Assembly (NCBI GenBank): GCA_964524005.1
Contig: CAZGBK010000004.1
Coordinates: forward strand, 62,508-126,507
Reading direction: 5' to 3'
DNA: 64,000 nucleotides
Source of the DNA: an uncultured Enterobacteriaceae bacterium
GTDB lineage: Bacteria; Pseudomonadota; Gammaproteobacteria; Burkholderiales; UBA3065
Position 1 is the stretch's first letter. Each line of letters opens with the position of its first letter. Position numbers and translations under genes: made by a program. A model generated the notes under the pieces. It ran no database searches, had not been told where the DNA came from, and saw nothing but the letters and a program-made list of their open reading frames with translations. Of this stretch, positions 43,712-54,840 are shown one piece after another.

Positions 43712-44463
43712 GTCGGGCGCAGCGATACCGTGTCGGCGCCCTGCGCACTCACGCGCAGCGCCGAACCGACACCGTACCAGTCGGCCAGCACCCAGCGCTC
43801 GCACTCGCGACCGTCGACCAAGACTTGGTGCTGCCCGGGGCGGTGCGTGTGGCCGTGCAGCAAACGCCGAACGCCGCTTGTGCGCAGAGTCTCCTCGACG
43901 GCAATCGGACTCACGTCCAGGAGGCTTGCGGGCACCGCCGACTGCGCCTGCCGACTGCGCTTGCGGGTGTAACCGGCGATGCCGGTGCGCAGCCAGTGCG
44001 GTAGGGCGAGGAACAGACGCTGCACCCAGGGCCGGCGGACCACCTCGCGGAAGCGCTGATAGCGGGTGTCGTCGGTGCACAGCGTGTCGCCATGCAGCAG
44101 CAGTGTCGGGGTTCCGAAGAGGTCGATCAGGGTCGGGTCGTTCAGCAGGGCGCAGTTTGCTTCCCGCTCGAAGCGCGGGCCGATCAGGAAGTCGCGGTTA
44201 CCATGCATAGCGTAGACCGGACAGGCGGCAGTGGCGATCAGCCGCGCAGCGGCGGCGTTGAACGGCACGTCGAGGTCGTCGTCGCCGACCCAGTGTTCGA
44301 AGATGTCCCCCAACAGGTAGAGCGCGTCGGCTTCGCGGCTGAGTGCCAGAAGCCGACGCAATTCGTCCAGTCCCTGCGGGTGTCGCGCTGACAGGTGTAG
44401 ATCGGAAGCGAAGAGCACCGCTCGATGGCCACGGTCGGCCGTGTAGCGGTGCAGCGGCGTCAC
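43708..44463 (-). CDS. lpxH: UDP-2,3-diacylglucosamine diphosphatase
   Basis: 251 aa metallophosphoesterase with the [15 protein letters not shown] and GNRD motifs. Confidence 0.9.
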   Translation of the reverse strand: MTPLHRYTADRGHRAVLFASDLHLSARHPQGLDELRRLLALSREADALYLLGDIFEHWVGDDDLDVPFNAAAARLIATAACPVYAMHGNRDFLIGPRFEREANCALLNDPTLIDLFGTPTLLLHGDTLCTDDTRYQRFREVVRRPWVQRLFLALPHWLRTGIAGYTRKRSRQAQSAVPASLLDVSPIAVEETLRTSGVRRLLHGHTHRPGQHQVLVDGRECERWVLADWYGVGSALRVSAQGADTVSLRPT

Positions 44464-44963
44464 GCCGAGACCACCTCGGCTGATTGGATCACCACATCGT
44501 CGCGGGGCACATCGGAATGGAAACCCGACTTGGTGGTGGGCACCTTGACGATGCTGTCGACCACATCAGCGCCCTCCACCACCTTGCCGAACACGCAATA
44601 GCCCCAACCCTGCCCGCTCGGTGCTGTGTGGTTCAGAAAGTCGTTGTCGGCGACATTGATGAAGAACTGGGCCGTGGCTGAGTGGGGGTCGTTGGTGCGT
44701 GCCATCGCGATGGTGTATTTGGCGTTGCCCAAACCATTAGCGGCCTCATTTTCGATCGGGGCCAGCGTCTCTTTCTGCTTCATGCCTGGCGCAAAACCAC
44801 CGCCTTGGATCATAAAGCCCTTGATCACGCGGTGAAAAATGGTGTTCGCGTAGAAGCCGCTGTTGACGTACTGCAGGAAATTGTCGACGGTCGCGGGTGC
44901 CTTTGCAGCATCGAGTTCGAGGGTGATGTCACCGAGACTGGTGGTCATGCGGACGCGGGTCAT
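44460..44963 (-). CDS. ppiB: Peptidyl-prolyl cis-trans isomerase B (cytoplasmic cyclophilin)
   Basis: [15 protein letters not shown] and no signal peptide. The start could be the internal ATG at 44948. Confidence 0.92.
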   Translation of the reverse strand: MTRVRMTTSLGDITLELDAAKAPATVDNFLQYVNSGFYANTIFHRVIKGFMIQGGGFAPGMKQKETLAPIENEAANGLGNAKYTIAMARTNDPHSATAQFFINVADNDFLNHTAPSGQGWGYCVFGKVVEGADVVDSIVKVPTTKSGFHSDVPRDDVVIQSAEVVSA

Positions 44964-45700
44964 GGTTGTCCTTGGCGTTGGGGTTTCGAGGTGGATGATG
45001 CAGGTTTTGCGGGTTTCGTGGGCGTACGCGACGATGGCGGAGGCGCTTTGGCCGGCGTTTTGGCCTCGGGTTCCCGGTCTTCTTGGGCGGCCAGTATGGC
45101 CGACGCCTCGACGCGGCTCGCACTCAAGATGCGCACCGGCTCCACCGGAACGTGTTCGGAGAAAGGTCCGGCGCTGGTGGTCGGTAGCTGGCTGATGCGT
45201 TCGGCAACATCCATGCCTTCGATAACGGTGGCAAAGGCACAGTAGCCCTCGTAGCCGCGCTCGGGCTTTACATGATTCAGGTGGTTGTTGTCGTCGATGT
45301 TGACAAAGAACTGGCTGGTCGTCGAATTCGGTTCGATGCTGCGCGCCATGGCTACCGTGCCGCGTGTGTTCTTCAGGCAGCGAGGCGCTTCGTTGGCAAT
45401 CGGCTCGCGGGTGGGTCGATACCGCAGGCTGATGTCGTAGCCGCCTCCTTGGATGACAAAGCCGGCTACTGCGCGGTGCACCACCGTATCGTTGTAGTGG
45501 CCGTCGTCGACATAACGCAGGAAATTCTCGACGGTCTGTGGAGCCATCAGCGGGTGCAGGCGCAGCACGATACGGCCGTGGTCGGTCTGTAGCTCAACAA
45601 CGGGGTCGGCCTGCGTTGCCGGTACGAAGGCAAGCATCGCCGCGCCAACGACAGCGCTCCAGAGCCGGCGCGCAATGCAGGCATGTGACAACGAGTTCAT
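44960..45700 (-). CDS. ppiA: Periplasmic cyclophilin-type peptidyl-prolyl isomerase with Pro/Lys/Ala-rich C-terminal tail
   Basis: Signal peptide, [14 protein letters not shown], and strong Shine-Dalgarno AGGAGG. About 54 extra C-terminal residues ([35 protein letters not shown]). Confidence 0.9.
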   Translation of the reverse strand: MNSLSHACIARRLWSAVVGAAMLAFVPATQADPVVELQTDHGRIVLRLHPLMAPQTVENFLRYVDDGHYNDTVVHRAVAGFVIQGGGYDISLRYRPTREPIANEAPRCLKNTRGTVAMARSIEPNSTTSQFFVNIDDNNHLNHVKPERGYEGYCAFATVIEGMDVAERISQLPTTSAGPFSEHVPVEPVRILSASRVEASAILAAQEDREPEAKTPAKAPPPSSRTPTKPAKPASSTSKPQRQGQP

Positions 45701-45882
45701 GAGGAGTCCTCCTGGTCAGGGGGCCGGGGGTCCCGGCCTCCGTGCTATAGTTCGCCGGCTTTTTCGCGCCGGTCTTGGGGATGTCTCGCCGGGTCGTCGC
45801 AGCCCGGCCGGGGCGCTCTCTGGGGGCGTTTTCCGGGCTCTGATTGTAGGCCCAAATCTGCCGCGCCATGCGGCCCTGCCCG

Positions 45883-47250
45883 ATGCTTACGCTCTACAAC
45901 TCGCTGACCCGACGAAAAGAGGCGTTCCACCCGATCACGCCGGGTGAGGTGCGCATCTATGTCTGCGGTATGACCGTCTATGACCTCTGTCATGTCGGCC
46001 ATGCGCGGGTCATGGTGGTCTTCGACATGGTTACGCGATGGCTGCGAAATAGCGGCATGAAGGTAACTTATGTGCGCAATATCACCGACATTGATGACAA
46101 GATCATCAAGCGTGCGAACGAAAGTGGAGAGAGCATCGCCACCCTCACGGGCCGTTTTATCGAGGCCATGAATGCCGACGCCGATGCGCTCGGCGTGATT
46201 CGACCCGACCACGAGCCCAAGGCCACCGAGTACGTGGCGCAGATGCTCGACATGATCGGCACCCTGGAGGCGCGCGGTCTCGCTTATCGCGCCGACAATG
46301 GAGATGTCTACTACCGCGTGCGAGCCTTCGAGGGTTACGGCAAGCTCAGCGGCAAAGACCCCAACGATCTGCGCGCCGGCGAACGGGTGCAAGTGGGCGA
46401 GTCCAAAGAGGACCCGCTCGACTTCGTGCTGTGGAAGGCCGCCAAGCCCGGCGAGCCGAGCTGGCCCAGTCCGTGGGGGCCAGGCCGTCCGGGTTGGCAT
46501 ATCGAGTGTTCGGCGATGAGCGGGACACTGCTCGGGCGCCACTTCGACATCCACGGCGGTGGCCAGGACTTACAGTTCCCGCACCACGAGAACGAGATCG
46601 CCCAGTCCGAGGGTGCGCACCAGTGCACGTTCGTGAACTACTGGATGCACAACGGTTTCGTGCGCGTGGATGACGAGAAGATGTCGAAGTCGCTCGGCAA
46701 CTTCTTCACCGTGCGCGAAGTGCTCGCCAAGTACGCGCCGGAGGTGGTGCGCTTCTTCATCCTGCGCGCCCACTACCGCAGCCCGCTCAACTACTCCGAC
46801 GCGCACCTCGATGACGCCCGGCGTGCACTCGACTCGTTCTACATCACGCTGCGTGATGTGCCGCCGGAAGCGGCATCTATCGACTGGACGGAGCCGCGCG
46901 CCGCGCGCTTTGCTGCCGCCATGAACGACGACTTCAACACACCGGAGGCGTTGGCGGTGCTGTTCGAGCTCTCAACCGAGGCCAATCGGGACAAATCAGC
47001 GCAGGCCAGCGGCCTGTTGCGCGCCCTCGCAGGCGTCCTCGGCTTGCTGCAGGCCGATCCGCTGGCGTACCTGCGCGGCCCGGCGGCAGACGGCGGACTG
47101 AGCGATGCCGACATCGATGCCCTGGTCGCCGAACGGCGCGCGGCACGATTGGCGCGAAACTTTACACGCTCTGACGCAATCCGCGACCAGCTGGCGGCGG
47201 CCGGTATCACCTTAGAGGACACGCCACACGGTACGCTCTGGCGGCGCTGA
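45883..47250 (+). CDS. cysS: Cysteine--tRNA ligase
   Basis: Start trimmed to ATG 45883 ([15 protein letters not shown]). HVGH and KMSKS motifs. Confidence 0.95.
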   Translation: MLTLYNSLTRRKEAFHPITPGEVRIYVCGMTVYDLCHVGHARVMVVFDMVTRWLRNSGMKVTYVRNITDIDDKIIKRANESGESIATLTGRFIEAMNADADALGVIRPDHEPKATEYVAQMLDMIGTLEARGLAYRADNGDVYYRVRAFEGYGKLSGKDPNDLRAGERVQVGESKEDPLDFVLWKAAKPGEPSWPSPWGPGRPGWHIECSAMSGTLLGRHFDIHGGGQDLQFPHHENEIAQSEGAHQCTFVNYWMHNGFVRVDDEKMSKSLGNFFTVREVLAKYAPEVVRFFILRAHYRSPLNYSDAHLDDARRALDSFYITLRDVPPEAASIDWTEPRAARFAAAMNDDFNTPEALAVLFELSTEANRDKSAQASGLLRALAGVLGLLQADPLAYLRGPAADGGLSDADIDALVAERRAARLARNFTRSDAIRDQLAAAGITLEDTPHGTLWRR

Positions 47251-47392
47251 TCTCCGACGCGGGTCGCCGAATGCGGCACCGGGGCGATTGGCGGCCCCGG
47301 CCGAGGTGCCGCCGGGAAATCATGGGGAAACCCCGCCCTCTGTCTTACAATCGCGCGTCTCATGGCCAACCGCGCCGACATCGAGCCCTGGA

Positions 47393-48937
47393 ATGACCGA
47401 CAAGACACTGGCTGATACCAGCCCAGCAGCTTCCGCCGAAGCCGGCATCGACGAGAACCAGATCATCGCTGAACGTCGCGCCAAGCTCGCTCGCGTGCGC
47501 GAGGCTGGCCCAGCGTTCCCGAACGACTTCGTGCCTGCACACCGCGCCGATGCCTTGCACGTTGCACACGGCCACGCCAGCGCAGACATGCTCGAGGCCA
47601 ATCCGGTGCCCGCCAGTGTCGCCGGCCGCATGATGTTGAAGCGCGTGATGGGCAAGGCCGCTTTTGCCACTTTGCAGGACGCGACCGGCCGCATCCAGAT
47701 CTACGTCCAAATCGACGCGGTTGGCGGTGATGCGTTAGAGGCCTTCAAGCACTGGGATCTCGGTGACATTCTTGGCGTCGAGGGGACGTTGATGAAGACG
47801 CGCACCGGTGAGCTGACGGTCAAGGCCAGTCGTATCCGTCTCCTGACCAAGAGCCTGCGTCCGCTGCCCGACAAGTTCCACGGGTTGGCCGATCAAGAGG
47901 TGAAGTACCGTCAGCGCTACGTTGACCTCATCATGGCAGATGACACGCGCCGGAACTTCGTGGCGCGCAGCAAGATGATTGCGGCGATTCGAGCGCAGAT
48001 GGTCGAGGCGGGCTTCCTCGAGGTCGAGACGCCGATGCTCCATCCGATCCCCGGCGGTGCGGCAGCCAAGCCCTTCATCACCCACCACAACGCGCTCGAT
48101 CAGCAGATGTTCCTGCGCATCGCCCCGGAGCTGTATCTGAAGCGCCTGATCGTCGGCGGCTTCGAGCGTGTGTTCGAGATCAACCGCAGTTTCCGCAACG
48201 AGGGACTGAGCCCGCGCCACAATCCAGAGTTCACGATGATGGAGTTCTACGCCGCGTACACCGACTACGTCTGGCTGATGGACTACACCGAAGCGCTGAT
48301 CCGCCGTGCAGCTGTAGAGGCCACCGGCAGCGCAGTGCTTCAGTACCAGGGCCGCGAACTCGATCTGTCGCGGCCATTCGCGCGGCTGACCATCGTCCAG
48401 GCCATCCAGGCTCACGCGCCGAGCTACACCGAGGCGCAGCTGGCGGATATCGGCTATCTGCGCAGTGAACTCAAGCGGCTTGGCGCGCATGTCGATGGCC
48501 CGCAGTTGAAGAACGCCGGCCTCGGTGCGCTGCAGCTGGCTCTGTTTGAAGAGACCGCCGAGTCGCAACTGTGGGCACCGACCTTCATCATTGACTATCC
48601 GATCGAGGTCAGCCCGCTGGCGCGTGAATCGGACACCCGGCCGGGTATCACCGAGCGCTTCGAGTTGTTCATGGTCGGTCGCGAGATCGCCAACGGCTTT
48701 TCCGAGCTCAACGACCCCGAAGACCAAGCGGCCCGCTTCCATGCACAGGTGGCGGCAAAAGACAGTGGCGATGACGAGGCCATGCACTACGACGCCGACT
48801 ATGTCCGTGCGCTCGAATACGGCCTGCCTCCAACGGGCGGTTGTGGCATCGGCATCGACCGCTTGGCCATGCTGCTGACCGACAGCCCGGCGATCCGCGA
48901 CGTCATTCTGTTCCCGGCGCTCAAGCGCGAGGTCTAG
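47393..48937 (+). CDS. lysS: Lysine--tRNA ligase (class II)
   Basis: Start trimmed to ATG 47393. OB-fold anticodon domain plus class II core ([15 protein letters not shown]). Confidence 0.95.
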   Translation: MTDKTLADTSPAASAEAGIDENQIIAERRAKLARVREAGPAFPNDFVPAHRADALHVAHGHASADMLEANPVPASVAGRMMLKRVMGKAAFATLQDATGRIQIYVQIDAVGGDALEAFKHWDLGDILGVEGTLMKTRTGELTVKASRIRLLTKSLRPLPDKFHGLADQEVKYRQRYVDLIMADDTRRNFVARSKMIAAIRAQMVEAGFLEVETPMLHPIPGGAAAKPFITHHNALDQQMFLRIAPELYLKRLIVGGFERVFEINRSFRNEGLSPRHNPEFTMMEFYAAYTDYVWLMDYTEALIRRAAVEATGSAVLQYQGRELDLSRPFARLTIVQAIQAHAPSYTEAQLADIGYLRSELKRLGAHVDGPQLKNAGLGALQLALFEETAESQLWAPTFIIDYPIEVSPLARESDTRPGITERFELFMVGREIANGFSELNDPEDQAARFHAQVAAKDSGDDEAMHYDADYVRALEYGLPPTGGCGIGIDRLAMLLTDSPAIRDVILFPALKREV

Positions 48938-48940
48938 GCA

Positions 48941-50833
48941 GTGCGGCGGCTGCAGCCCGGCCGCATCGTCCAGCAGGACGACGGCTCGCTGCTGGCGCCG
49001 GATTTTGGAGATATCTACGCGAGCCGCGCTGGCGCATTGCAGCAGTCGCGCTCGGTATTCCTGGCCGGGTGTGACCTGCCGGCACGACTGAGTGGGCGCT
49101 TACATACGGTTTTGGAGACCGGCTTTGGCACCGGGCTGAATGCGCTGGCGCTGGCTCAGGCTGCGCATCGTCACTCCGCTGCATCACCCAGCGCCCAACA
49201 GGGGGGCGATGGAGGGCCATGTTCTGACCTCGGCCGACCGTCGCGACCCGATTGCCACATTCATTACGTTGGTATCGAGGCGCGTCCGCTCAGCCAAGAT
49301 GACCTCGCTGCAGCACTGGCGCCCCACGATGAACTTGGGCCGTGGCGTGATGCTCTGCTTGCGGGCTGGCCGCCGCCGATGGAGGGCGTCTACCGTTGGC
49401 AGCTCGCGGCCCGTTTCACCCTGACGCTGGCTTTTGGCGAAGTGTTCAGCGCCCTGCGCTCGCTCGATCTGCAAGCGAACAGTGTTTTCCTCGACGGATT
49501 CGCGCCTGATCGCAACCCTGCCATGTGGACGCCAGACGTCCTCGCAGAAGTGGTCGCTCACTGTGCATCAGGCGCCCGCATCGCTAGCTGGTGCGTTGCC
49601 GGAGACGTGAGACGGGCGCTGCAGGCGGTTGGCTGCCAAGTCGAGCGCAGACCAGGATTCGGCGCCAAACGCGAGCGGCTGGAGGCTGTGGTGCCTGGCG
49701 CCGCCAGCGCCGGGGTGCCGGATGCGTCAAGCGAGCGCGGTCGGGTACCGAACCATGTGCTGGTGGTGGGTGCCGGCATTGCCGGTGCCGCTGTCGCTGA
49801 ACGCTTCGCGGCACGCGGTTTGGCGGTCACGATCGCCGATCCCAATCCGCCTGCTAGCGGCGCTTCGGGTAACCCGGTTGGCGTGGTACGGCCCGAGCCA
49901 TCTGGGCCCGATCATCCGATCTCGCAGCTCACGGCGCTCGGAACGCTATGGCTCGAGCAATGGCTGCGAGGTCGTGGTGGAAAGCCCTCGGCCGCGATCA
50001 CCGAGGCCGTTGCGCAGCGCTGCGGTGCCTTACGCCTGCCACGAGACCACAAGCACATTCGGCGCCTGCGTGAGCACGTCGATGCGTCTCCGGTTGACTG
50101 GATGCAGTGGCTCGATACCGACCCCGCAGCTGCGCGCATTGGCCAGCCGGTTGGCGAGGCTGGTGTCTGGATCGACAACGCCTGGACCGTAAGACCGCCG
50201 GCCTTGGTTGCCGCGATGCTCGATACACCGGGCATCGAGCTGCGCAATGATGCAGTCATAGGTTTGGAGCCTTTGCCGGAGGGGGGCTGGCGGGTGATCT
50301 GGCAGAGCGGGGTCGGGGAAACCTGGCCTTGCGTGGTGGTGGCGAATGCATTTGGATTGGATGCGCTGCCAGTTCTGCCACTGCGGATGGTGCGGGGGCA
50401 GTTGTCCCGGGCAGCACTGGTGCCCGGCCGCGAGCTGCACGCTATCGTCTGTCGTGAGGGCTACGTGACGCCAGCGTTCGATGGTCAGCACATCGTTGGC
50501 GCCACCTTCCAGCGCGATGATGCAGACCTCGCTCCGCGTCACGAAGACGACATCACCAACGCCTGGCGGCTGGCGCAGCTGCTGCCTGGTTGGGCAGGTG
50601 AGGCCTTGCGACCAGCACGGGTGTCGGTTCGCGCCGCGACTCCCGACCGCCTGCCGCTGGTCGGCCAGCTTGGGCCCGACCTGTATGCGAGCCTAGGCCA
50701 TGGCAGTCGTGGCTTGACCTGTGCCCCCTTGTGCGGCGAGCTACTGGCCAGTCAGGTGTGTGGCGAGCCGCTCCCCTTGCCACGCGACCTGGTGGCGCGA
50801 CTGGCGCCGTTGCGCTTCGTGAACGCGCGCTGA
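48941..50833 (+). CDS. mnmC: Bifunctional tRNA (mnm5s2U34) methyltransferase / FAD-dependent cmnm5s2U34 oxidoreductase MnmC
   Basis: 630 aa with an N-terminal MTase domain (FGDIYAS) and a C-terminal DAO domain with VVGAGIAGAAVA. GTG start 3 nt after lysS. Confidence 0.85.
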   Translation: MRRLQPGRIVQQDDGSLLAPDFGDIYASRAGALQQSRSVFLAGCDLPARLSGRLHTVLETGFGTGLNALALAQAAHRHSAASPSAQQGGDGGPCSDLGRPSRPDCHIHYVGIEARPLSQDDLAAALAPHDELGPWRDALLAGWPPPMEGVYRWQLAARFTLTLAFGEVFSALRSLDLQANSVFLDGFAPDRNPAMWTPDVLAEVVAHCASGARIASWCVAGDVRRALQAVGCQVERRPGFGAKRERLEAVVPGAASAGVPDASSERGRVPNHVLVVGAGIAGAAVAERFAARGLAVTIADPNPPASGASGNPVGVVRPEPSGPDHPISQLTALGTLWLEQWLRGRGGKPSAAITEAVAQRCGALRLPRDHKHIRRLREHVDASPVDWMQWLDTDPAAARIGQPVGEAGVWIDNAWTVRPPALVAAMLDTPGIELRNDAVIGLEPLPEGGWRVIWQSGVGETWPCVVVANAFGLDALPVLPLRMVRGQLSRAALVPGRELHAIVCREGYVTPAFDGQHIVGATFQRDDADLAPRHEDDITNAWRLAQLLPGWAGEALRPARVSVRAATPDRLPLVGQLGPDLYASLGHGSRGLTCAPLCGELLASQVCGEPLPLPRDLVARLAPLRFVNAR

Positions 50834-50865
50834 GCCCCCCTCATTTTGCACTGTCCCGCCCCCTG

Positions 50866-50886
50866 CGGGCGGTTTGCGACCATACG
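50866..50886 (+). terminator. Weak candidate terminator after mnmC
   Basis: CCGCCC-CCTGC-GGGCGG followed by TTTG. The stem is short and the U-tract is short. Confidence 0.35.
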
Positions 50887-50970
50887 GCCAGGTTGGCCGT
50901 TTCGCCCGGTCGCCGCTAAACTTGGCGCCCTTTCACTGAAGCGGCTGTTAGCCACGCAGCCTTCAACCGC

Positions 50971-51618
50971 GTGACCCCGATCACTTTAGCCCTGTCGAAG
51001 GGGCGCATCTTCGACGAGACGCTGCCGCTGCTGGATGCGGCCGGCATCCGCCCGCTGGAGGACCCGGAGTCATCGCGCAAGCTGATCATCGCGACCAACC
51101 GAGACGATGTGCGTTTGCTGATCGTCCGCGCCACGGATGTGCCGACGTACGTGCAGCATGGCGCGGCCGACCTCGGCGTCGCGGGTCGCGACGTCCTTCT
51201 TGAGCACGGTGGCGAGGGATTGGTGCAGCCGCTTGATCTGGGCATTGCTCGTTGTCGGATGATGGTGGCCTGCGCCGAGGGCTTTGATTACACGAGTGCC
51301 GTGCGTTCTGGCGCACGCTTGCGGGTCGCGACCAAATATGTGGCGACGGCCCGTCAGCACTTTGCTACCAAGGGCGTGCACACCGATCTGATCAAGCTAT
51401 ATGGCTCGATGGAGCTCGCCCCGTTGGTCGGCTTGGCTGATGTCATCGTCGATCTGGTGTCGACAGGCGGCACGCTCAAGGCCAACAAGCTTGTGGCGGT
51501 GGAGGAGGTGATGCCGATTAGCTCGCGCCTGGTGGTCAATCGGGCGGCGCTGAAACTTCGCCGTGAGCGCATCGCTCCTATACTCGAATGCTTTGCCACG
51601 GCCTGTTCGCCGAGCTGA
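50971..51618 (+). CDS. hisG: ATP phosphoribosyltransferase, short form
   Basis: 215 aa. [14 protein letters not shown]. Its length implies the HisZ-dependent short HisG. GTG start. Confidence 0.92.
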   Translation: MTPITLALSKGRIFDETLPLLDAAGIRPLEDPESSRKLIIATNRDDVRLLIVRATDVPTYVQHGAADLGVAGRDVLLEHGGEGLVQPLDLGIARCRMMVACAEGFDYTSAVRSGARLRVATKYVATARQHFATKGVHTDLIKLYGSMELAPLVGLADVIVDLVSTGGTLKANKLVAVEEVMPISSRLVVNRAALKLRRERIAPILECFATACSPS

Positions 51619-51679
51619 CCTTTCCTGCTGGCGTATCCGCGCCGGCGCAACCGACCTGCATCCCAGACCGACGATTCGC

Positions 51680-52978
51680 ATGTCCATCATTCAACAGCTC
51701 GACTCCCGCGACGCCGATTTCCAGCCGAAGCTGTCGGCGCTGCTCGCCTTCGAGGCCTCGACCGACGAGGCCATCGAGCGCGCGGTAGCAGAGATCCTTG
51801 GCCGCGTGCGCCGCGAGGGCGATGCCGCGGTGCTCGAGTACACGCGTCGTTTTGATGGCCTGGATGCGCCTGACATGGCCGCGCTCGAGCTGCCGCGCGC
51901 CGAGTTGCTGCGCGCCCGCGACGCGCTGCCAGTGCCTGAGCGTGAGGCGCTAGAGCTGGCGGTGGAGCGTGTGCGCGCCTATCACCAGCGCCAGCTGATG
52001 ACCGATTGGGACTACACCGAGGCGGATGGCACCGTACTCGGCCAGAAGGTCACGCCCCTGGACCGCGCCGGCCTCTACGTGCCGGGCGGCAAGGCCTCGT
52101 ACCCGTCGAGTGTGGTGATGAATGCGGTGCCGGCCAAGGTGGCGGGCGTCGGCGAGCTGATCATGGTGGTGCCGACTCCGCGCGGCGAGAAGAACCCGCT
52201 GGTTCTGGCCGCGGCAGCTGTCACTGGTGTCGACCGTGTCTTCACCATCGGCGGTGCGCAGGCGGTGGGTGCGCTGGCCTACGGCACGCAGACCATCCCG
52301 CAGGTCGACAAGATCACCGGCCCTGGCAATGCTTACGTGGCCTCGGCCAAGCGCCACGTGTTCGGTACGGTGGGCATCGACATGGTCGCCGGCCCCTCGG
52401 AGGTGCTCATCATCTCGGATGGTCATGGTGAGCCCGACTGGGTGGCGATGGACCTCTTCGCCCAGGCCGAGCACGACGAGCTTGCGCAGTCCATTTTGTT
52501 GTGTACGGACGCCAATTTCATCGAACGCGTGCTCAACAGCATCGAAAAGCTGCTGCCGACGATGCCGCGCGCAGAGACTATCCGCACCTCGCTGAGCAAC
52601 CGCGGCGCCCTTGTTCTGGTGCAGAGTCTCGACGAGGCCTGCGACATCGCCAGCCACATCGCACCAGAGCATCTGGAGATCTGCACCGATGACCCGCGCG
52701 CGCTGGTGCCAAAGATCCGCCACGCCGGCGCGATGTTCCTCGGCCACTACTCGGTCGAGGCGCTGGGCGACTACTGCGCCGGCCCCAACCACGTGCTGCC
52801 GACCATGCGCTCGGCGCGCTTCTCCAGCCCGCTGGGCGTCTACGACTTCCAAAAGCGGACCAGTGTTCTTGAGATCTCGCGGGCTGGAGCTCAGATCCTC
52901 GGCCGCGCTGCGAGCGTGCTGGCCCACGGCGAGGGTCTGCAGGCCCACGCGAAAAGTGCGGAGTATCGGTTAGATTAA
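51680..52978 (+). CDS. hisD: Histidinol dehydrogenase
   Basis: Start trimmed to ATG 51680. 432 aa, full-length HisD-like. Confidence 0.94.
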   Translation: MSIIQQLDSRDADFQPKLSALLAFEASTDEAIERAVAEILGRVRREGDAAVLEYTRRFDGLDAPDMAALELPRAELLRARDALPVPEREALELAVERVRAYHQRQLMTDWDYTEADGTVLGQKVTPLDRAGLYVPGGKASYPSSVVMNAVPAKVAGVGELIMVVPTPRGEKNPLVLAAAAVTGVDRVFTIGGAQAVGALAYGTQTIPQVDKITGPGNAYVASAKRHVFGTVGIDMVAGPSEVLIISDGHGEPDWVAMDLFAQAEHDELAQSILLCTDANFIERVLNSIEKLLPTMPRAETIRTSLSNRGALVLVQSLDEACDIASHIAPEHLEICTDDPRALVPKIRHAGAMFLGHYSVEALGDYCAGPNHVLPTMRSARFSSPLGVYDFQKRTSVLEISRAGAQILGRAASVLAHGEGLQAHAKSAEYRLD

Positions 52979-52996
52979 CGCGGGCGGCAGGCGCCT

Positions 52997-54064
52997 CTAG
53001 GCGCTGCAAATGTCTTGCAGTGCGCGTATCAAGCGGTCGGTTTGGGCGTCGGTGCCTACCGTGATGCGCAAAAAGTCAGCGATTCGTTGCGGCCGCGCAA
53101 AATGCCGCACGATAACGCCTTGTTGGCGCAACTTGGCGTTGATTTCGGCGGCGTTGCCAGTCTTGTGCCGTGCAAACACAAAATTGGCCGCCGACGGCAG
53201 CACCTCGAAGCCGAGCCCCTCCAGGCCGCGCACCAGGGCATCGCGTGTGGACATCACCTTGCGGCGCGTCTGCTCGAACCAGTCCCGGTCTGCAAAGCTC
53301 GCTGCCGCGCCGGCCAGCGCCAGGCGATCCAGCGGGTAGCTGTTGAAGCTGTCTTTCACCCGCGTGAGCGCATCGATCAGTGGCGCCTGCCCGATGGCGT
53401 AGCCGACCCGCAGCCCGGCCAGACCGCGGCCCTTAGACAGGGAGTGGCTGACCAATAGGTTCGGATACTTGGCCACCAGCATGACCGCGCTCTCCGCGCC
53501 AAAGTCCACATACGCCTCGTCGATCAGCACCGGGATGTCTGGCCGCGCCGCCACCAAGCGTTCGATCTCGGCCAGCGGCAGCGCCATGCCAGTCGGCGCG
53601 TTCGGGTTGGGGAAGATCGCCGCGCCGATGTCCGCGCCGATGTAGTCGTCGATGCGGATCGAGAAATCCTCGGCCAGCGGTACGACGTGCGGCGTGATGC
53701 CATAGAGGCCGCAGTAGACCGGGTAGAAGCTGTAGGAGATGTCGGGGAATGCCAACGGCCGCTCGTGCTTGAGCAGCGCGCAGAAGGCGTGCGCCAAAAC
53801 CTCGTCGGAGCCATTGCCAACGAACACCTCCTCCACCGCCACGCCGTGATACCCCGCGATCGCCTTGCGCAGATCGAGTGCGGTCGGGTCGGGGTAGAGG
53901 CGCAGGTCGTCGTTGTTGGCTGCGGCAATGGCCGCCTGCACCTTCGGCCCCGGGCCGTACGGGTTCTCGTTGGTGTTGAGCTTGACCAGATCGGCCATGC
54001 GCGGTTGTTCCCCCGGCACATAGGGGGTGAGGTCGTGGACAACGGCGCTCCAGTAGCGGCTCAT
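52997..54064 (-). CDS. hisC: Histidinol-phosphate aminotransferase (opposite strand to the rest of the his cluster)
   Basis: [31 protein letters not shown], and PLP-lysine motif [15 protein letters not shown]. Start set at ATG 54064 (the track ORF starts at TTG 54073). Confidence 0.9.
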   Translation of the reverse strand: MSRYWSAVVHDLTPYVPGEQPRMADLVKLNTNENPYGPGPKVQAAIAAANNDDLRLYPDPTALDLRKAIAGYHGVAVEEVFVGNGSDEVLAHAFCALLKHERPLAFPDISYSFYPVYCGLYGITPHVVPLAEDFSIRIDDYIGADIGAAIFPNPNAPTGMALPLAEIERLVAARPDIPVLIDEAYVDFGAESAVMLVAKYPNLLVSHSLSKGRGLAGLRVGYAIGQAPLIDALTRVKDSFNSYPLDRLALAGAAASFADRDWFEQTRRKVMSTRDALVRGLEGLGFEVLPSAANFVFARHKTGNAAEINAKLRQQGVIVRHFARPQRIADFLRITVGTDAQTDRLIRALQDICSA

Positions 54065-54182
54065 GCTTGGCAATCAGAGTAGGACCGGGGCAACAGATGG
54101 CCGAAGATTAAGCTGTATATCGACGCTTCGCCACGCGTCGAGCGAGCATCACCCGAACGCGGGTTGCAACGAAAGCCCCCGA

Positions 54183-54208
54183 GTGCGCGGATGCTATCAT
54201 TCGCGCAC
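54183..54208. promoter_or_regulatory. Inverted repeat GTGCGCG-N12-CGCGCAC in the hisC/hisB divergent region
   Basis: 7-bp GC-rich arms. The loop contains TATCAT. Followed by TTGTTTACT, 34 nt upstream of the hisB ATG. Confidence 0.4.
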
Positions 54209-54241
54209 TTGTTTACTGGCCATCAAGCCCCAGAGCCGCAC

Positions 54242-54835
54242 ATGCGCCGTGCTGAAGTCAGCCGCAACACCCTCGAGACGCAGATCCGCGTCGCCATCGA
54301 CCTCGACGGCACCGGCAAGGGTGCGCTCGACACCGGGCTGCCCTTCCTCGACCACATGCTCGACCAGATCGTCCGTCACGGCCTGATCGACCTCGAGGTC
54401 AAGGCGACCGGCGACCTGCACATCGACGCCCACCATACTGTCGAGGACATCGGCATCACGCTGGGGCAGGCCTTCGCACAGGCGGCTGGCGACAAGAAAG
54501 GCCTGACGCGCTATGGCCATGCCTACGTTCCGCTCGATGAAGCTCTGTCGCGCGTGGTGGTAGACCTTTCCGGCCGCCCTGGCCTTGAGTTCCACGTTGA
54601 TTTCAGTCGCGCCCGCATTGGTGATTTTGATGTCGACCTGTTTCACGAATTTTTTCAGGGGTTCGTGAATCACGCCGCAGTCACTGTGCACATCGACAAC
54701 TTGCGCGGCCGCAACGCGCATCACCAGGCTGAAACAGTGTTCAAAGCATTCGCCCGGGCGTTGCGCATGGCGGTCACACCGGACCCGCGTGCGAGTGGCG
54801 CCATCCCATCGACCAAGGGCTCTTTGCAGGGCTGA
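54242..54835 (+). CDS. hisB: Imidazoleglycerol-phosphate dehydratase (monofunctional)
   Basis: Start trimmed to ATG 54242 ([17 protein letters not shown]). 197 aa. Confidence 0.94.
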   Translation: MRRAEVSRNTLETQIRVAIDLDGTGKGALDTGLPFLDHMLDQIVRHGLIDLEVKATGDLHIDAHHTVEDIGITLGQAFAQAAGDKKGLTRYGHAYVPLDEALSRVVVDLSGRPGLEFHVDFSRARIGDFDVDLFHEFFQGFVNHAAVTVHIDNLRGRNAHHQAETVFKAFARALRMAVTPDPRASGAIPSTKGSLQG

Positions 54836-54840
54836 ACGGC

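Noticed and set aside
47271-47396. 41-codon ORF ([23 protein letters not shown]...) in the cysS-lysS spacer ending in an ATGA overlap with the lysS start.
   Set aside because: The product is Arg/Pro-rich and low-complexity, typical of a random GC-rich frame. It has no Shine-Dalgarno. It spans a hairpin (47279-47300) and a promoter-like TACAAT (47346-47351) that more plausibly serve cysS termination and lysS initiation.
50834-50970. Searched upstream of hisG for a His-codon-rich leader peptide or attenuator.
   Set aside because: There is no run of CAC/CAT codons and no alternative terminator/antiterminator pairings. Only a short GC hairpin is present, and it is better explained as the mnmC terminator.
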